The position numbers and the translations under genes are program-made. From NCBI RefSeq assembly GCF_009914755.1, contig NC_060947.1: a stretch of 64,000 nt of DNA, one strand, 5' to 3'. Shown here in pieces: positions 26,823 to 39,516 of the stretch. The notes under the pieces were generated by a model that saw only the letters and a program-made list of their open reading frames with translations, was not told the origin of the DNA and did no database searches. Numbering within the stretch: the stretch's first letter is position 1; every line of letters starts with the position of its first letter. Source of the DNA: the human T2T-CHM13v2.0 reference genome, Homo sapiens.

Positions 26823-26949
26823 TCTGTATGAGGAGGACACAAGAGCAGGGTGATGATGCAGCCCAGCAGTGGCTAGGGCTTATGTCAGGAGAGTATATGA
26901 GGGATGGTAGCCTTGCAGGGGTCAGGACTCATACAGAGTGGGGTGGCAG

Positions 26950-27470
26950 TCTGGCAAGGCCGGATAGTTGACTACATGCTGGGAGAATGAGCAAATAAAT
27001 ATATTAAGAGTAATAGGAGTGGGCTTCTCACTGTCATAGAAGGCAGTTACAAATATGGAAAGGCGGGAGGCTAGAAGGGACTCTGTGGTTTTGAATTGGA
27101 ATTATCAGAGTCATTCATGGCTATTTCTGTCTCCATCTATGTATATATTTATGTTTCTATTTGTCTATGTAAATGATTATATATCTTACACATATGTATA
27201 TTTCCTAACTTTGTCCACTGAGAGGGCCAGGAATAGCAACACATTAGTAGTGATAAACATAACAAACACCCACATCTTAGTTTGTCAATAGTAATCTTCA
27301 CTAAAAGTAATCAGAGTTCTTTGAAGAAATTGCTTATCTCAGGCCTGGGGCAGAGAAGCAAAAAGATGAGGGTGGGCACATCTTGTGCTGCCAGAAAGTA
27401 AGAAGTGCTCAAACAATGATAGGGGCATGTGAAAAGACAGAAAGAGAGTTTGAAGGGGCTCCTACTAGTG
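26950..27470 (+). mobile_element. L1MC/MD-like 3' fragment
   Basis: CATCTTGTGCTGCCAGAAAGTAAGAAGTGCTCAAA and GAAGGGGCTCCTACTAG motifs. Confidence 0.65.
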
Positions 27471-28334
27471 CTATCTCCAAGAATAGAGAGAATGCTAAAG
27501 CTGAATGGCATGAGCCTCAAAGAGGCAGAGGTTTTTACATGAAGGCAGTGATAGAAGTGGCAGTGTGAAGACACCTTACACATTTCCTGATCCTGAGCTG
27601 GATCTACCAGAGAGGGCCGAAGGGGGTTCTTTTAATGTTGAATCAGTCCCAAGGCAGAGATCACGTGCAGAATGGTGGTAAGGGATCTGGAAGGGCACAC
27701 AGAGGGGATCCAGCACAGTAGTAAAGAGATACAGGCAACAGGGAATACAACAAAGATAAGAGGTGAAGAGAAACTCTAGCATTTCAGTTGTGCAAATAGG
27801 TCAAGGGAACAACTTATTGAGATTTTCAGCAGGAAGAGAGAGGGCTCCAGGAGGGATGTTCCAGGAAAATTATTTTCATGAGTTTTTAATGATCTGTTGG
27901 AAAGTTTGGGGGCACTTGGTTATAGAGATATAGAAAAATGAGTCACGTGAAAATGAGACAATTTTCATATTATAACTGCAGGAAAAACAAAAAGTTCAAG
28001 AAAGGAAATGAAATCATAATATACTATTTGGCTCACAACTTAATATTCATAATAATGTAAAATTATCACATAGCTATATTTGAATAATTGAGAGAGGACA
28101 ACTGGTTATTATCTTCTGTATTAGGAACTCAATAGATAATATGTAATATTGACTAAGAAGCAGAAATATGAACATATTGTTTATAAACATGGAGATACAT
28201 AACAGATGAAATAGCTTAAAAAGTTGAAGTTGTCTTTAAGAAAAAGGACTTGGGGTAGGGGCAGAGAACTGCTGTTTTATATGTATTATAGAATTATGTA
28301 TAAAGATACATGTCAAAAAGTTATGGTGCAGAGA

Positions 28335-28910
28335 AATCAAAGACCTAAAAGCAAAAATACCATTCAACTCAGCAATTCCATTACTGGGTACATGCCCAAA
28401 GAAATATAAATCACTCTATCATAATGACATGCATATGTATGTTCATTGCAGCACTATTCACAATAGCAAAGACATGGAATCAACCTAAATGCCCATCCGT
28501 GGAAGATTGGATAAAGAAAATGTAGTACATATATACCATGGAATACTATGCAGCCATAAAAAAGAATGAAATCATGTCCTTTGCACCAACACAGATGGAC
28601 CTGGAGGCCATTATCCTAAGCAAACTAATGCAAGCTAATGCAGGAACAGAAAATAAAATCCCACATCTTCTCACTTATAAGTGGGAGCTAAACAACGAGA
28701 ACACATGGACACAAAGAGGCGAGCAACACCCGCTGGGGCCTACTTGAGGGTGGAGGGTGGGAGAGGATCAGAAAAAAATACTCATCAGGCACTAGCCTTA
28801 GTACCTGGGTGACAAAATAATCTGTATACGAAACCCCTGTAACACATAGTTTACCTATATAACAAACATGCACATGTATCCCTGAAGCTAAAATAAAAGT
28901 TAGAAAAGAA
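28335..28910 (+). mobile_element. Older L1PA 3' fragment
   Basis: ORF2 end ([15 protein letters not shown]) and 3'UTR to CTAAAATAAAAGTT. Confidence 0.9.
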
Positions 28911-30891
28911 ACTTAGGGCAAGACCAAAGTGAGGAGGACTATTTTAAAAACAGAACAATCTACTGGGGAGTTTTGAAGGGGGGAGCCAAAGGAGCAAGAG
29001 GAAAAAATATGCATGTCAAAATCTATTTTAACCACTTTTCTCAAACTAGAGCTCACTCTGTGCTGCCCTCAGCACTATTTATATTAGAATCTTCCCCACC
29101 CCTATCCCCACACAAACATCCATTGATGTGCAGGACTCCTAATTAATTGCCCAAATTACCTGATTCTACTCTTCTGCCACAGTTTCAGTTACATTCTACA
29201 GCACTTAGAGCCACAAAATACCAAGAGGAAAACAAAGCAAAACATGTTTATATTACCTCTCACTATATTCAGGATTGATGTATTGATTAAACCTCTCTGT
29301 CACTTCCATAGTGAAAGGTTGTCCTGCCATTGGTCCATTGTATTATTTTCTTCCCCCAGTACTTTCTGGCTTCTTACATTGCAAATACTCACTGTCATCC
29401 TTCTCCCACTATGTCACCTTCTATATAGACATCTGTGTTCTGTCACAGCTTTTACATTTGAACAACTATTCATTTTATAGACATTACAAGTAAAATACAT
29501 TGTCCTGCAAGGAATATTACAGTTGTACTTCAGGCACGCCTGCTTTACAATGTCAACAAGAGGGATCCATTAATTTATAGTTTTGTGTTTGGTAGGGGAA
29601 CCATATAATATTCTACATATATTTAGTTCTCCAGAATGTAGCTTAATCAATATGGCACCTCAGGCAACCTGAAATACTGAAGGCAACATAAGATTGTCAG
29701 ACCAAGAAATTTTATGTCTGCTGATGGGGGTTTAACTCTTTTGGAGGCTGCAGAAGGTATATATATTTAGAAGATTATAGTAAAGTCGATGATAGGAAAG
29801 AATCAAACTGATGTGTATAAAAGGTACTGAGGGAGAGAGAAGTCTGTATTTAGGACCCCAAGGCAGAAACTTCCAGGTTCTAATCCTTGCCTGCCAACCT
29901 TGAGCACTGTAGAGGTTTCAATAATATTTTCTATCTCTGAGTGTCATTAGACATTTATAAAGGGAATGCCTCATGTAGGAAAACCTGCAGTACCACCTTG
30001 AGCCAACCACTGACCTCTATGCCTGAGTTTGGCACCTGCCAAGTGAGATGGGCAGTTGAACTATGTGCCTTTAGGTGCCTTTGAATCCTGTGGTTCTATG
30101 ATTTTAGTACCATGCTCTGCTTATCTCAAAGAGCTATTCTGAGGCTCAAATGAAATACTTGACATGCAAATGCCACAAAAGTTTCAAGTGCTATACGAAT
30201 GAATGTAAAAGTGTTTTAAATTATGCATCTCTAAATATAACCAACAACTTGCACATGCTCTCCCAAACAAAGCAAATGGGCTTCTGGGCTTCGATTTTCA
30301 ATTAGTCTCAAAACATATGATTTTACTTGTTCCAATTTTCAGAAGCAAAAGGAGCAAAAGATTCAAATTATGATCTTTATTAAGAAGGTACTAAGCCACT
30401 TAGAAATGCTGGGCACATTATGTGGCTCGGCCAACTTTTTCACTGTTGTATTGTGTGGGTCTCCCAAATAGCTTTTACTGTGAAGACTAATAAAAATGAT
30501 AGGAAAGTTAAAACTGAGCAGAATTAGATTAAATCTCAATCTGTATTCTGCAAGGGTTTTTATTTGTGTGTGCATACTTTTCTATATGCTTCTAATCTCT
30601 TCATATGGTTTATAGATCAGCTATTAGTTAATAGGTTCTGACATGTGATTAATATGTAGGTATTTGAAAATTCATGTGGTGCATGCCTATGTCTATGGAG
30701 CAAGGTGCTGAATCTGCACATTCACCTCAGGAACATTGGGGATGGAAAGTCAAGCCCAGAATTATCTTTTGCATGAAGGATGCTAGCTAGGGCCTTTCTA
30801 GGTCCCCAAGGGAGACACTGAAGATCTTTTTTCATTAAATAAACATCCACTAAGAACCCGATAGGCTTCATATACTATACTATTCGCTGGG

Positions 30892-30989
30892 AACTTCTGA
30901 CCTCAAGTGATTTGCCTGCCTCAGCCTCCCAAAGTGCTGGGATTATAGGTGTGAGCCACCATGCTTGGCCCAGCTTTTTCTTTCAGATA
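30892..30989 (-). repeat. 98-bp local copy of the 5' end and flank of the Alu at 32271-32368
   Basis: 95 of 98 positions identical, including the non-Alu flank TTTTTCTTTCAGATA. Confidence 0.9.
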
Positions 30990-31627
30990 AAAATTTTTTC
31001 TTTCAGAAAAAAAATTGCTCCTTCCTTAAAAGTTCATCATGAATTCTCAAAGAGAGACACAATGGTCAGCTCCTATGACACTAAAATTTAGATACCAGAA
31101 TAAAGAATGGAAGGTAAAAACTGCCCAAACTCTTTCTGGGGTGGTGGTCAGGAGGATCAGTCCCTGAGAAGACAGAGAACTTAAAGGATATACTTGAAAT
31201 TTTTATTTAATGCAAAGTATAACACTTTCTGCCTAAATACTGCTGCATTAGAAGCATTTTATTGTAAAATCTCTTTCCAGGCACATACACTCCGCTGCTA
31301 TGTACACAACTACAAAAACAGGCAAGGCCAAGAGCAGTCACACCAGCTACTATGGTTTGTTAGTGGACAGAAGTGCTTGAATTTGATTAAAGCAAATGCA
31401 ACAAAGGTTTACATACTGTGAGTAAAAAAAATGCTTCAGAGCACCCAACTAGCAAACAGGATGTGCACACCTCAGGCCTACCTGAAATGGAGAGCAAACA
31501 GTGATGTAAAGTGTGTTTGCATGAAAAAAAGACTGCTAAAACCGGCATTAGGCTGATTTTCAATTTATATTAAGGGTTGGTATACTTTTTTCTAACTTGG
31601 TGAACAGTCAACAAGTAATCATACAGC

Positions 31628-31636
31628 TTTTTCTTT

Positions 31637-31667
<31 letters not shown>

Positions 31668-31744
31668 CTTTCCTTCTTTCCTTCCTTCCTCCCCTTCCTC
31701 CTTTCTCCTCTTTCTTTCTTTTTCTTTCTTTCTTTCTTTCTTTT

Positions 31745-31787
<43 letters not shown>

Positions 31788-31968
31788 CTCTTTCTTTCTT
31801 TCTTTTTTTTCTTTTTTCTTTCTCTTTCTTTCTTTCTTTCTCTCTCTCTCCTTTATTTCTTTCTTTCTCTCTCTCTCCCTTCCTTCCTTCCTTCCTTCTT
31901 TCTTTCTTTCTTTTTTCTTTCTCTCTCTCTTTCTTTCTTTCCCTCTCTCTCTTTCTCTCCTTTCTTTC

Positions 31969-32032
<64 letters not shown>

Positions 32033-32062
32033 TTTCTTTTCTTTTCTTTTCTTTCCTTTCTT
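31628..32062. repeat. Complex (TTTC)n/(TC)n/(TTCC)n polypyrimidine microsatellite (expanded Alu tail)
   Basis: ~435 bp of almost pure C/T adjoining the Alu 3' end. Confidence 0.97.
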
Positions 32063-32349
32063 ATTGAGATGATGGAGTATTACTCTGTTGCCCAGGCTGG
32101 AGCACACTGGTGTGATATCGGCTCACTGCAGCTTCGACCTCCAGGTTCAAGTGATTCTCCTGCCTCAGCCTCCCTAGTAGCTGAGATTACAAGCATGTGC
32201 CACCATGCCTGGCTAATTTTTGTATTTTTAGTAGAGTCGGGGTTTCACCATGTTGGTCAGGCTGGTCTAAAACTTCTGACCTCAAGTGATCTGCCTGCCT
32301 CAGCCTCCCAAAGTGCTGGGATTATTGGTGTGAGCCACCATGCTTGGCC
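32063..32349 (-). mobile_element. AluS
   Basis: Dimeric Alu; TSD CAG(C/G)TTTTTCTTT at ~31624 and ~32350. Confidence 0.95.
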
Positions 32350-32391
32350 CAGGTTTTTCTTTCAGATAGACATGCATATACACATATATTA

Positions 32392-32852
32392 TCATTATTG
32401 AGGTACAATTTACATAACATAAATTTATCCATTTAAAGTGTATAATTCAATATTTTTTAGTATATTCACAGAGTCATGCAACCATCACCACAGTTTTAGA
32501 TATTTTTATCATCTCAAAAAGGAACCCAATACCAATTAGCAGTTACACTCCATTTACCCAACATGATGCCTCAAGCCCAGACTTACGCAACCATTAATCA
32601 ACTTACTGCCTCTATAGATTTGCCTATTCTAAGCAATTCGTATAAATGGAATCATACACTATGTGGCATTTTGCATCTAGCTCCCTTCGCTCTGGCATGA
32701 TGTTTTCAAAGTGCATCCATTTTGTAGCAGGTGTATTTTATTCCTTTTTAATTGACAGATAATATTTCATAGTATCTATATATCACAATTTGTTTACCAT
32801 TCATCAATTGGTAGACATTTAGGTTGTTTCCACTTTTTTGCTATCATGAGTA
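32392..32852 (-). mobile_element. L1MB-like 3' end
   Basis: ATTGAGGTACAATTTACATA...AAGTGTATAATTCAA...AATGGAATCATACA motifs. Confidence 0.8.
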
Positions 32853-33167
32853 GTCTTACAGCTTCTTACATCAGTTTCTAATTAGCATGCACATCACTAA
32901 GCACTGATCCAGATATTAAAAGATACTAGTCTTCATAAGCTGGCCATCCCCCAATTCCTTGCCAAATCACCAAAATCAGTTAAACATATTTGGAAAACTA
33001 GACAATAGGTATAGGCAGATAATAGGCACTTAATGTTTCCTGACTCAGGAATTAATGGATGAGAAAAATCATTCCTTCAGTTCTAATTCTCCTTACAATA
33101 ACATCCCTACCAGTGCCACCTGGATATTGTGTCAAGGTATGCTAGAGCTGGAATGAACGTGGAGTCC

Positions 33168-33360
33168 CGGGTTCCTCAAAGTGTGGGTCAAGAACCACAT
33201 GTGTCAGATCCACCAGGGGAGCTTATTAAAAATACCTATTTCTGTACCCCCACCCCAGAGAATCTGATTCAATAAATCTCGGGGTGAGGCCATAGGAAGC
33301 TGCCTTTGTAATAAGCACCCCAGATAATACAAATGCATGTTAGAGTTTGAGAATCATTGA
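33168..33360. mobile_element. MER5A-type MITE
   Basis: TTCCTCAAAGTGTGG...CCCCAGAGAATCTGATTCAATAAATCT...AGTTTGAGAATCATTG. Confidence 0.75.
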
Positions 33361-34295
33361 TTTAGTCCAACCTCCCTACTCTATAGGAGAAGAAGTTTAG
33401 GACTTGGGTGGGGAAGGGACATGCTCAAGGTTACAGGGCATGGTAAAGATAATGCAACAGGGAGTTGAGGTTATGAATCCTGATATAGCACTTTCCATTA
33501 CCTTGGGTACTCTTCTTTATCACATCTCCTTCTTTTCCTGGTGAATACATGCCTCCCTCACAGACTTGCTCCATAAGTGTCAGTGTCTGACATACCCTAA
33601 GTGCTCAATAAATAGTTTTTTTTTTTTTAAGCTTAGTCCTGTGTGAACTGAATGACTAAAGGATCTCCTTTTGGGGCAGTGTTTGCTAAAAGTATAAAGT
33701 AACAAGTATAAGGCTTAAGAAAAGAATACCAGACCCAGGAGGGAGATCTCAGTGGTTCCTGACCCAAATGTTGAAAAGCTCCTAAGTGAAAAACTGTTCA
33801 ACCATGGGTTTTTGGTGAACCCATGAAGCTATGTAGTGACATTTCCTATCCAAGGTCCTTAAACCACTCTATACACCCACTGTGATCTATTTAAAGGAGC
33901 CAGGTCTTTTTAGAAAACAGTTTCTGCCAAGTTTTCTATCAGAGGAAAATCATAAAGTAGGTGAGCTACAGCCATGACTAAAAGGTAGTGGAAATTTTTC
34001 TAACTGAAAGTTGTTATGCCTGTCAAAAAGATAGACTCAGTAAAAACCCATTACTGTGCAGCAGAGGAAAAAATCATGGGAGCTATTTTAAAATTTTTTC
34101 TTTTATAGTTTTTTAAATTACAAAAGTAGTGATTTGTTGTACCGAATCAAACAAAACAGGAGTGAATAAAGAAACATTCAGTTATCTTTTCTTTTTCCTT
34201 CTGGTCTTCCTCTTTAAAATGGATTCATTTGGAATCAATCCTTCCACACTTTCTCTATCTTTATATAAACCATACATAACATATGCACAAAAAGA

Positions 34296-34577
34296 CATAT
34301 ATACACACACACATATATATACACACATATGTATATATACACACATACACACATGTATATGTATTATATATACACATATATGTATATATGTGTATATATA
34401 TAATATATGATATATAATATATATATAATATATTATATATATTATATAATATATTATATATTATATATTATATAATATATATTATATATAATATATATTA
34501 TATATTATATATATTATATATATTATATATAATATATATTATATATAATATATAATATATATATAATATATATATAA
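34296..34577. repeat. (CA/TA)n grading into a pure AT-rich (TA/TATTA/TATAA)n repeat
   Basis: Direct reading; 34410-34577 contains only A and T. Confidence 0.95.
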
Positions 34578-34608
34578 ATGAAATCATGCCCCCTTCAGTT
34601 CTCTGCAC

Positions 34609-35608
34609 CTTTTAAGTTCAGGGGTACATGTGCAGGTTTGCTACGTAGGTAAACTTGTGCCATGGAGGTTTGTTGTACAGATTATTTCATCACCCAGGTG
34701 TTAAACCTAGTACCCATCAGTTATTTTTCTCATCTTCTCCCTCTTTCCACCCTACACCCTTTGATAGGCCCCAGTGTGTGTTGTTTCCCTCTATGTGACC
34801 GTGTGTTCTCATCATTTAGCTCCTACTTATAAGTGAAAACGTGTTATTTGTTTTTCTGTTCCTGCATTAGTTTACTAAGAATAATGGCCTCCAGCTCCAT
34901 CCATGTTGCTGCAAAGGACACGATTTCATTCTTTTTTTATGGCTGCATAGTATTCCATGGTGTATATGTACTACATTTTCTTTATCCAATCTTCCATTGA
35001 TGGGCATTTAGGTTGATTCCATGTCTTTGCTATTGTGAATAGTGGTGCAATGAACATGCGTATGAATGTGCCTTTGTGATAGAGTGGTTTATATTCCTTT
35101 GAGTGTGTACGCAGTAATGGGATTGCCGTGTTGAGTGGTATTTCTGTTTTTAGGTCTTTGAGGAATTGCCACACTGTTTTCCACAATGGTTGAACACATT
35201 TACACTACCACCAACAGTGTATAAGCATTTCTTTTTCTCCACAACCTCACCAACATCTGTTATTTTAAAACTTTTTATTAATAGCCATTCTGACTAGCGT
35301 GAGATGGTATCTCATTGTGGGTTCTGATTTGCATTTCTCTAATGATCAGTGATGTTGAGCTTTTTTTTCATATGCTTGTTGGCCACATGTATGTCTTCTT
35401 TTGAAAAGTGTCTGTTTGTGTCCTTTGCCCACTTTTTAATGGGGTTTGATTTTTGCTTTAAAATTTGTTTAATCCTTATAGATTCTGGATATTAGACCTT
35501 TGTCACATGCATAGTTTGCAAATATTTTCATTTATTCTGTAGGTTTTCCTGTTTTTTCTGTTGATAGTTTCTTTGGCTTTGCAGAAGCTCCTTAGTTTAA
35601 TTAGATCC
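34609..35608 (-). mobile_element. Older L1PA 3' fragment (~1 kb)
   Basis: TTTTAAGTTCAGGGGTACATGTGC 3'UTR and ORF2 C-terminal remnant (ORF 34971-35186). Confidence 0.92.
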
Positions 35609-36239
35609 TATGTTTCAATAAACAAGATTTTCAGGCCAATATTTTGAGAGATGTTGCTTAAATTCATCTAAATTCACTTTGTCTATGGCTCCACCCAGCT
35701 CTTAAATAATTGCTACCAAACTAAACTGCTACTTGGACTGTGAAATTTTATTTCCTGCAGTAGCCAGCTGTCAGATCACAAGCAACTTTACTGAACACCC
35801 ACAAGAATTTTCTTTGGGTTGTAAAGTCAAGCATCTTAGTTATCATGTAAGCATTAATTTTTAATGCTTTAATTTGACCAAAAGCATTGTGTTGTTTGTG
35901 AAAGGCCTCCCACTTCTTTTGCTGTGGAAAAAATCTGGAGTCTGAGTCCAAGCTTTTTTCCTTTCTTAATTAGAAAAGCAATTTTCTCACCTTATTTTCT
36001 TTCTCCTGAGAAGGACTGAAAGTGTTTGACTAAGAACCTTGTGCACCTCTTCTTTTTTTAGTTGCTTTTTGTTTTATTCATTGGCTCAATCCTTCTTAGG
36101 TTGCTGAAAAACAGCTCCTCAATTCTGAACCCAGTGAAGGGAAGGGCAGCATCATTCTGGGATCTGTAAGCCTTGCAATTTGGGAGGATCAGAGTACTTT
36201 TAAGATGTAGGTGCCCTAAAATAAATTTCTAGGACAGGG

Positions 36240-36430
36240 GTACTGAACCAGCTTCACAGAGCATCACCACTTACTAGCTCTGCAGCTCTGGGTAAGTTGC
36301 TTAACTTCTTTGACCTTGTCCCAGTTATTATACATGTACAATGAAGACAGTAATGATACCTACCTCAAAGAATTGTGTGGGGAATAAATGAGGTGAAGCG
36401 TATAAAGGATTTAGGGCAGTGCTTGCTTTG
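36240..36430 (+). mobile_element. MIR
   Basis: CACTTACTAGCT...GGGTAAGTTGCTTAAC...TACCTACCTCA. Confidence 0.7.
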
Positions 36431-38158
36431 CTATTATCACATTATTTGTCTTCTGCAACCACCACCACAGATGGCCAGGCCTGCCCTCAGAAGACATCTT
36501 GACATAGTAGTCCTGGAACTGTGGCACAGGCATGTGCATTCTAAGAAATCTCCTTGGGGATTCTGATCACTATAGACAGTGATTCTCAAACTTTAATGTA
36601 TATTGGAATCACCCCACTCTTAGAAATTGTGCTACTTTAGTTCTGGAAGTGGGGGCCCAAGAATGTGCATCCTTTGGGAAACACTGCTATAGAGGAATCG
36701 CATGAGCACCCCTCCTTCTCTACTGTATATATCTATTGTGATAATCTTTTAAGACTGCTGACATATTGTTGGAATAGACATACCACACAGGTAATGCTGC
36801 CAACTCACTTTCAGTGGGACAAAAGGCATAAACTACAGAGTGTTTTCTTTTTCAATCATAGTAATAAATTAGCACAGATACACATCCTCTATCTCCTGAA
36901 CAAAGGCATGTAGTTGCAAAGTGACTGCATGGGGTATAGTTGTATAGCCAGTTTACCATGTGGGAAGATCACCTTTGACAATAGAAATAATAACTTTGAC
37001 CATTATCGATAGCCAGCCAGCAGCCACAAGTAACTGTAGGAAGAAGGGAGCAGGATTGCTTAGAGTTTATGTTAGGTATTCATTATGTAACTGGTGCTTA
37101 ATGGGCCTGGTGATTTTTTTTGTTTTAGTGGAAAAATGTTTTATCTGATTTGTTTGAAATATTTTTCCATTCTGTCACACCTGAAAAGAGAAAAATGAGG
37201 GCTTTGAGGAATTTTGAACCCTCATTTGTTCTTAGCCCATGCTGCGTATCACCTGCCTCTCTACTCATTGTAGAAATGGAACTTTTCATTCAGTAATTTT
37301 CTAGATTTCTATAGCATTTTGAAAACCCACTAACCACTAAGTTGTGCGTGACTTAATGACTGCACTCCCCTCCCCGCCCCTCCACACACTCACTCATTTA
37401 AGTTTATCATCTCTACTTCTTGAGCCCTGTTCCTTTTCAAGTCAACAGTACCACCCCTGAACTTTCTGAGCAGCATGTACAAGGCAGGAGTTTCTGGAGG
37501 TATTTATCCCCCACTTGCACATTCTTATGATTCAAGTCATATCTAGGATCATCCCCTGGCTGTGTTGGTGCTAAGAATTGAAAATAGGGAAAGAACATTC
37601 TTGAAAGTTCATCTTTTTGAAACTTAGTAGAAATCTCCAGTCTTAAACTTACTTCTAGAACTTAGAAAACCAAATTATCTTAATGCCCATTAAGTGTTGT
37701 TTACTCTCAGATTTTCCAAGTGTTGCAAAAAAAAAAATTGTTTAGAGGTTTGGAGAATTAACTCTTGCTTTTAAAGGATGATCTGTTTTGAATAGTATAC
37801 CAAGCAAAGTTTAATAAAGTAAGTGAGATTAATGAAGGATAGTCTCCTGAATATAAGCAAACAAGTTGCTTGTTTATACAGATCTCTATATTTCTTAAGT
37901 CCAGTGGAAAACTTGACTTCTGAATAATCTTCACTGTGGCTTTCACAGATAGCAGCAAACCTTGCTTTCTCAGTGCCTGAATGTTTGCTTTGGGGCAATC
38001 ATGTTTCTTGAAGTATGCATGCAATTTGAGTTTTAAGAGGTGAAAAAAAGATTATGTCCAAGACATGGTTTATATAAATAGAAAAGATTGGTTGTTTAGT
38101 TTCTTCATTTTTGTAATGGTATGAAATATAGCTGTCCAACCATCTTGTTTTTGGAGGT

Positions 38159-38732
38159 TGTATCAGTCAGGGTTCTGACTGGGATAGAATTAATTTATCT
38201 ATGACGGAGGTTGCAAATTTTTTTGTGTGAAAAATCAGACTTTGGCGATGACCTTGAGCAGCAGGATATAAATAACTCCTACAAGTTTAGCATTCCAATA
38301 ATGGAACACTAGGCAAAAATGGATTAATAGGCTCTGCATATAAAGGGGAGTTCATTAAGCAGTATTAACTCACATGATCACAAGGTCCCACAATAGGCCA
38401 TCCGCAAGTTTAGAAGCAAGGAAGCCAGTCCAAGTCCCAAAGCTGAAGAATGTGGAGTCTGATGTTCGAGGGCAGGAAGCATCCAGCACAGGAGAAAGAT
38501 GTAGGCCGGGAGGCTAAGCCAGTCTATCCTTTTCACGTTTTTCTGCCTGCTTTATATTCTGGCTGTGGTGGCCGCTGATTAGGTGGTGCCCACCCAGATT
38601 AAGGGTGAGTCTGCCTTTCCCAGCCCACTGACTCAAATGTTAATCTTTGGCAACACCCTCACAGACACACCCAGGATCAATACTTTGCATCCTTCAATCC
38701 AATCAAGTTGACACTCAGTATTAACCATCACA
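38159..38732 (-). mobile_element. Solo MLT2A (HERV-L) LTR
   Basis: TGTATCAGTCAGGGTTCT...CAGTATTAACCATCACA; TSD GAGGT/GTGGT with 1 mismatch. Confidence 0.92.
38194..38323 (-). mobile_element. MER85 (piggyBac PGBD3-derived MITE) nested in MLT2A
   Basis: TTAA TSDs at 38190-38193 and 38324-38327; body GGTTGCAAATT...TTGGCGATGACCTTGAGCAG...TTCCAATAATGGAACACTAGGCA. Confidence 0.9.
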
Positions 38733-39123
38733 GTGGTATTGAGAAAACACTTTGAGGTTAATTATATATTTTTGCGACATGTAGGCATAACCTTATCTCT
38801 TAATACCATTTGATTTTATGATGTCTTTTTTTCACTTTGTGACATGGGGAGGGGATTTGTATAATTGTTAGTAGCCGATGTTATGTGTAAAGACTCAAAA
38901 GGGGCTAACCTGACACATTTTGTGTCAGCACTTTGTTTTGAGAAAGCGAACCACATGTTTGCCTTAGTAAGACCCTCTAATTTGAGACCAGTTATCAGAT
39001 TGACCCTTTGTTCCTAGAGTGAAATAAAAGACTCAGTGAAATTTTAACAAGTTAGCATTTGCTCACTTACACTGAAGAAGGCAGGAGGCTTTAGTTGAAA
39101 CAAATTGTTAGCATTGACAATAG

Positions 39124-39516
<393 letters not shown>

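Noticed and set aside
31597-32107. F/L/S-rich and K/E/R-rich ORFs
   Set aside because: Translations of the (TTTC)n microsatellite
32069-32401. Alu-derived ORFs (also 19450-19731, 39199-39519, 60805-61086)
   Set aside because: Typical Alu translations such as [11 protein letters not shown]; not genes
33210-33223. CCACCAGGGGAGC as a CTCF site
   Set aside because: The 3' part departs from the CCACCAGGGGGCGC core and lies in ordinary MER5A-derived sequence
38194-38323. Possible small RNA gene
   Set aside because: TTAA duplications and terminal repeats identify it as a piggyBac MITE; no Pol III or snoRNA box arrangement seen
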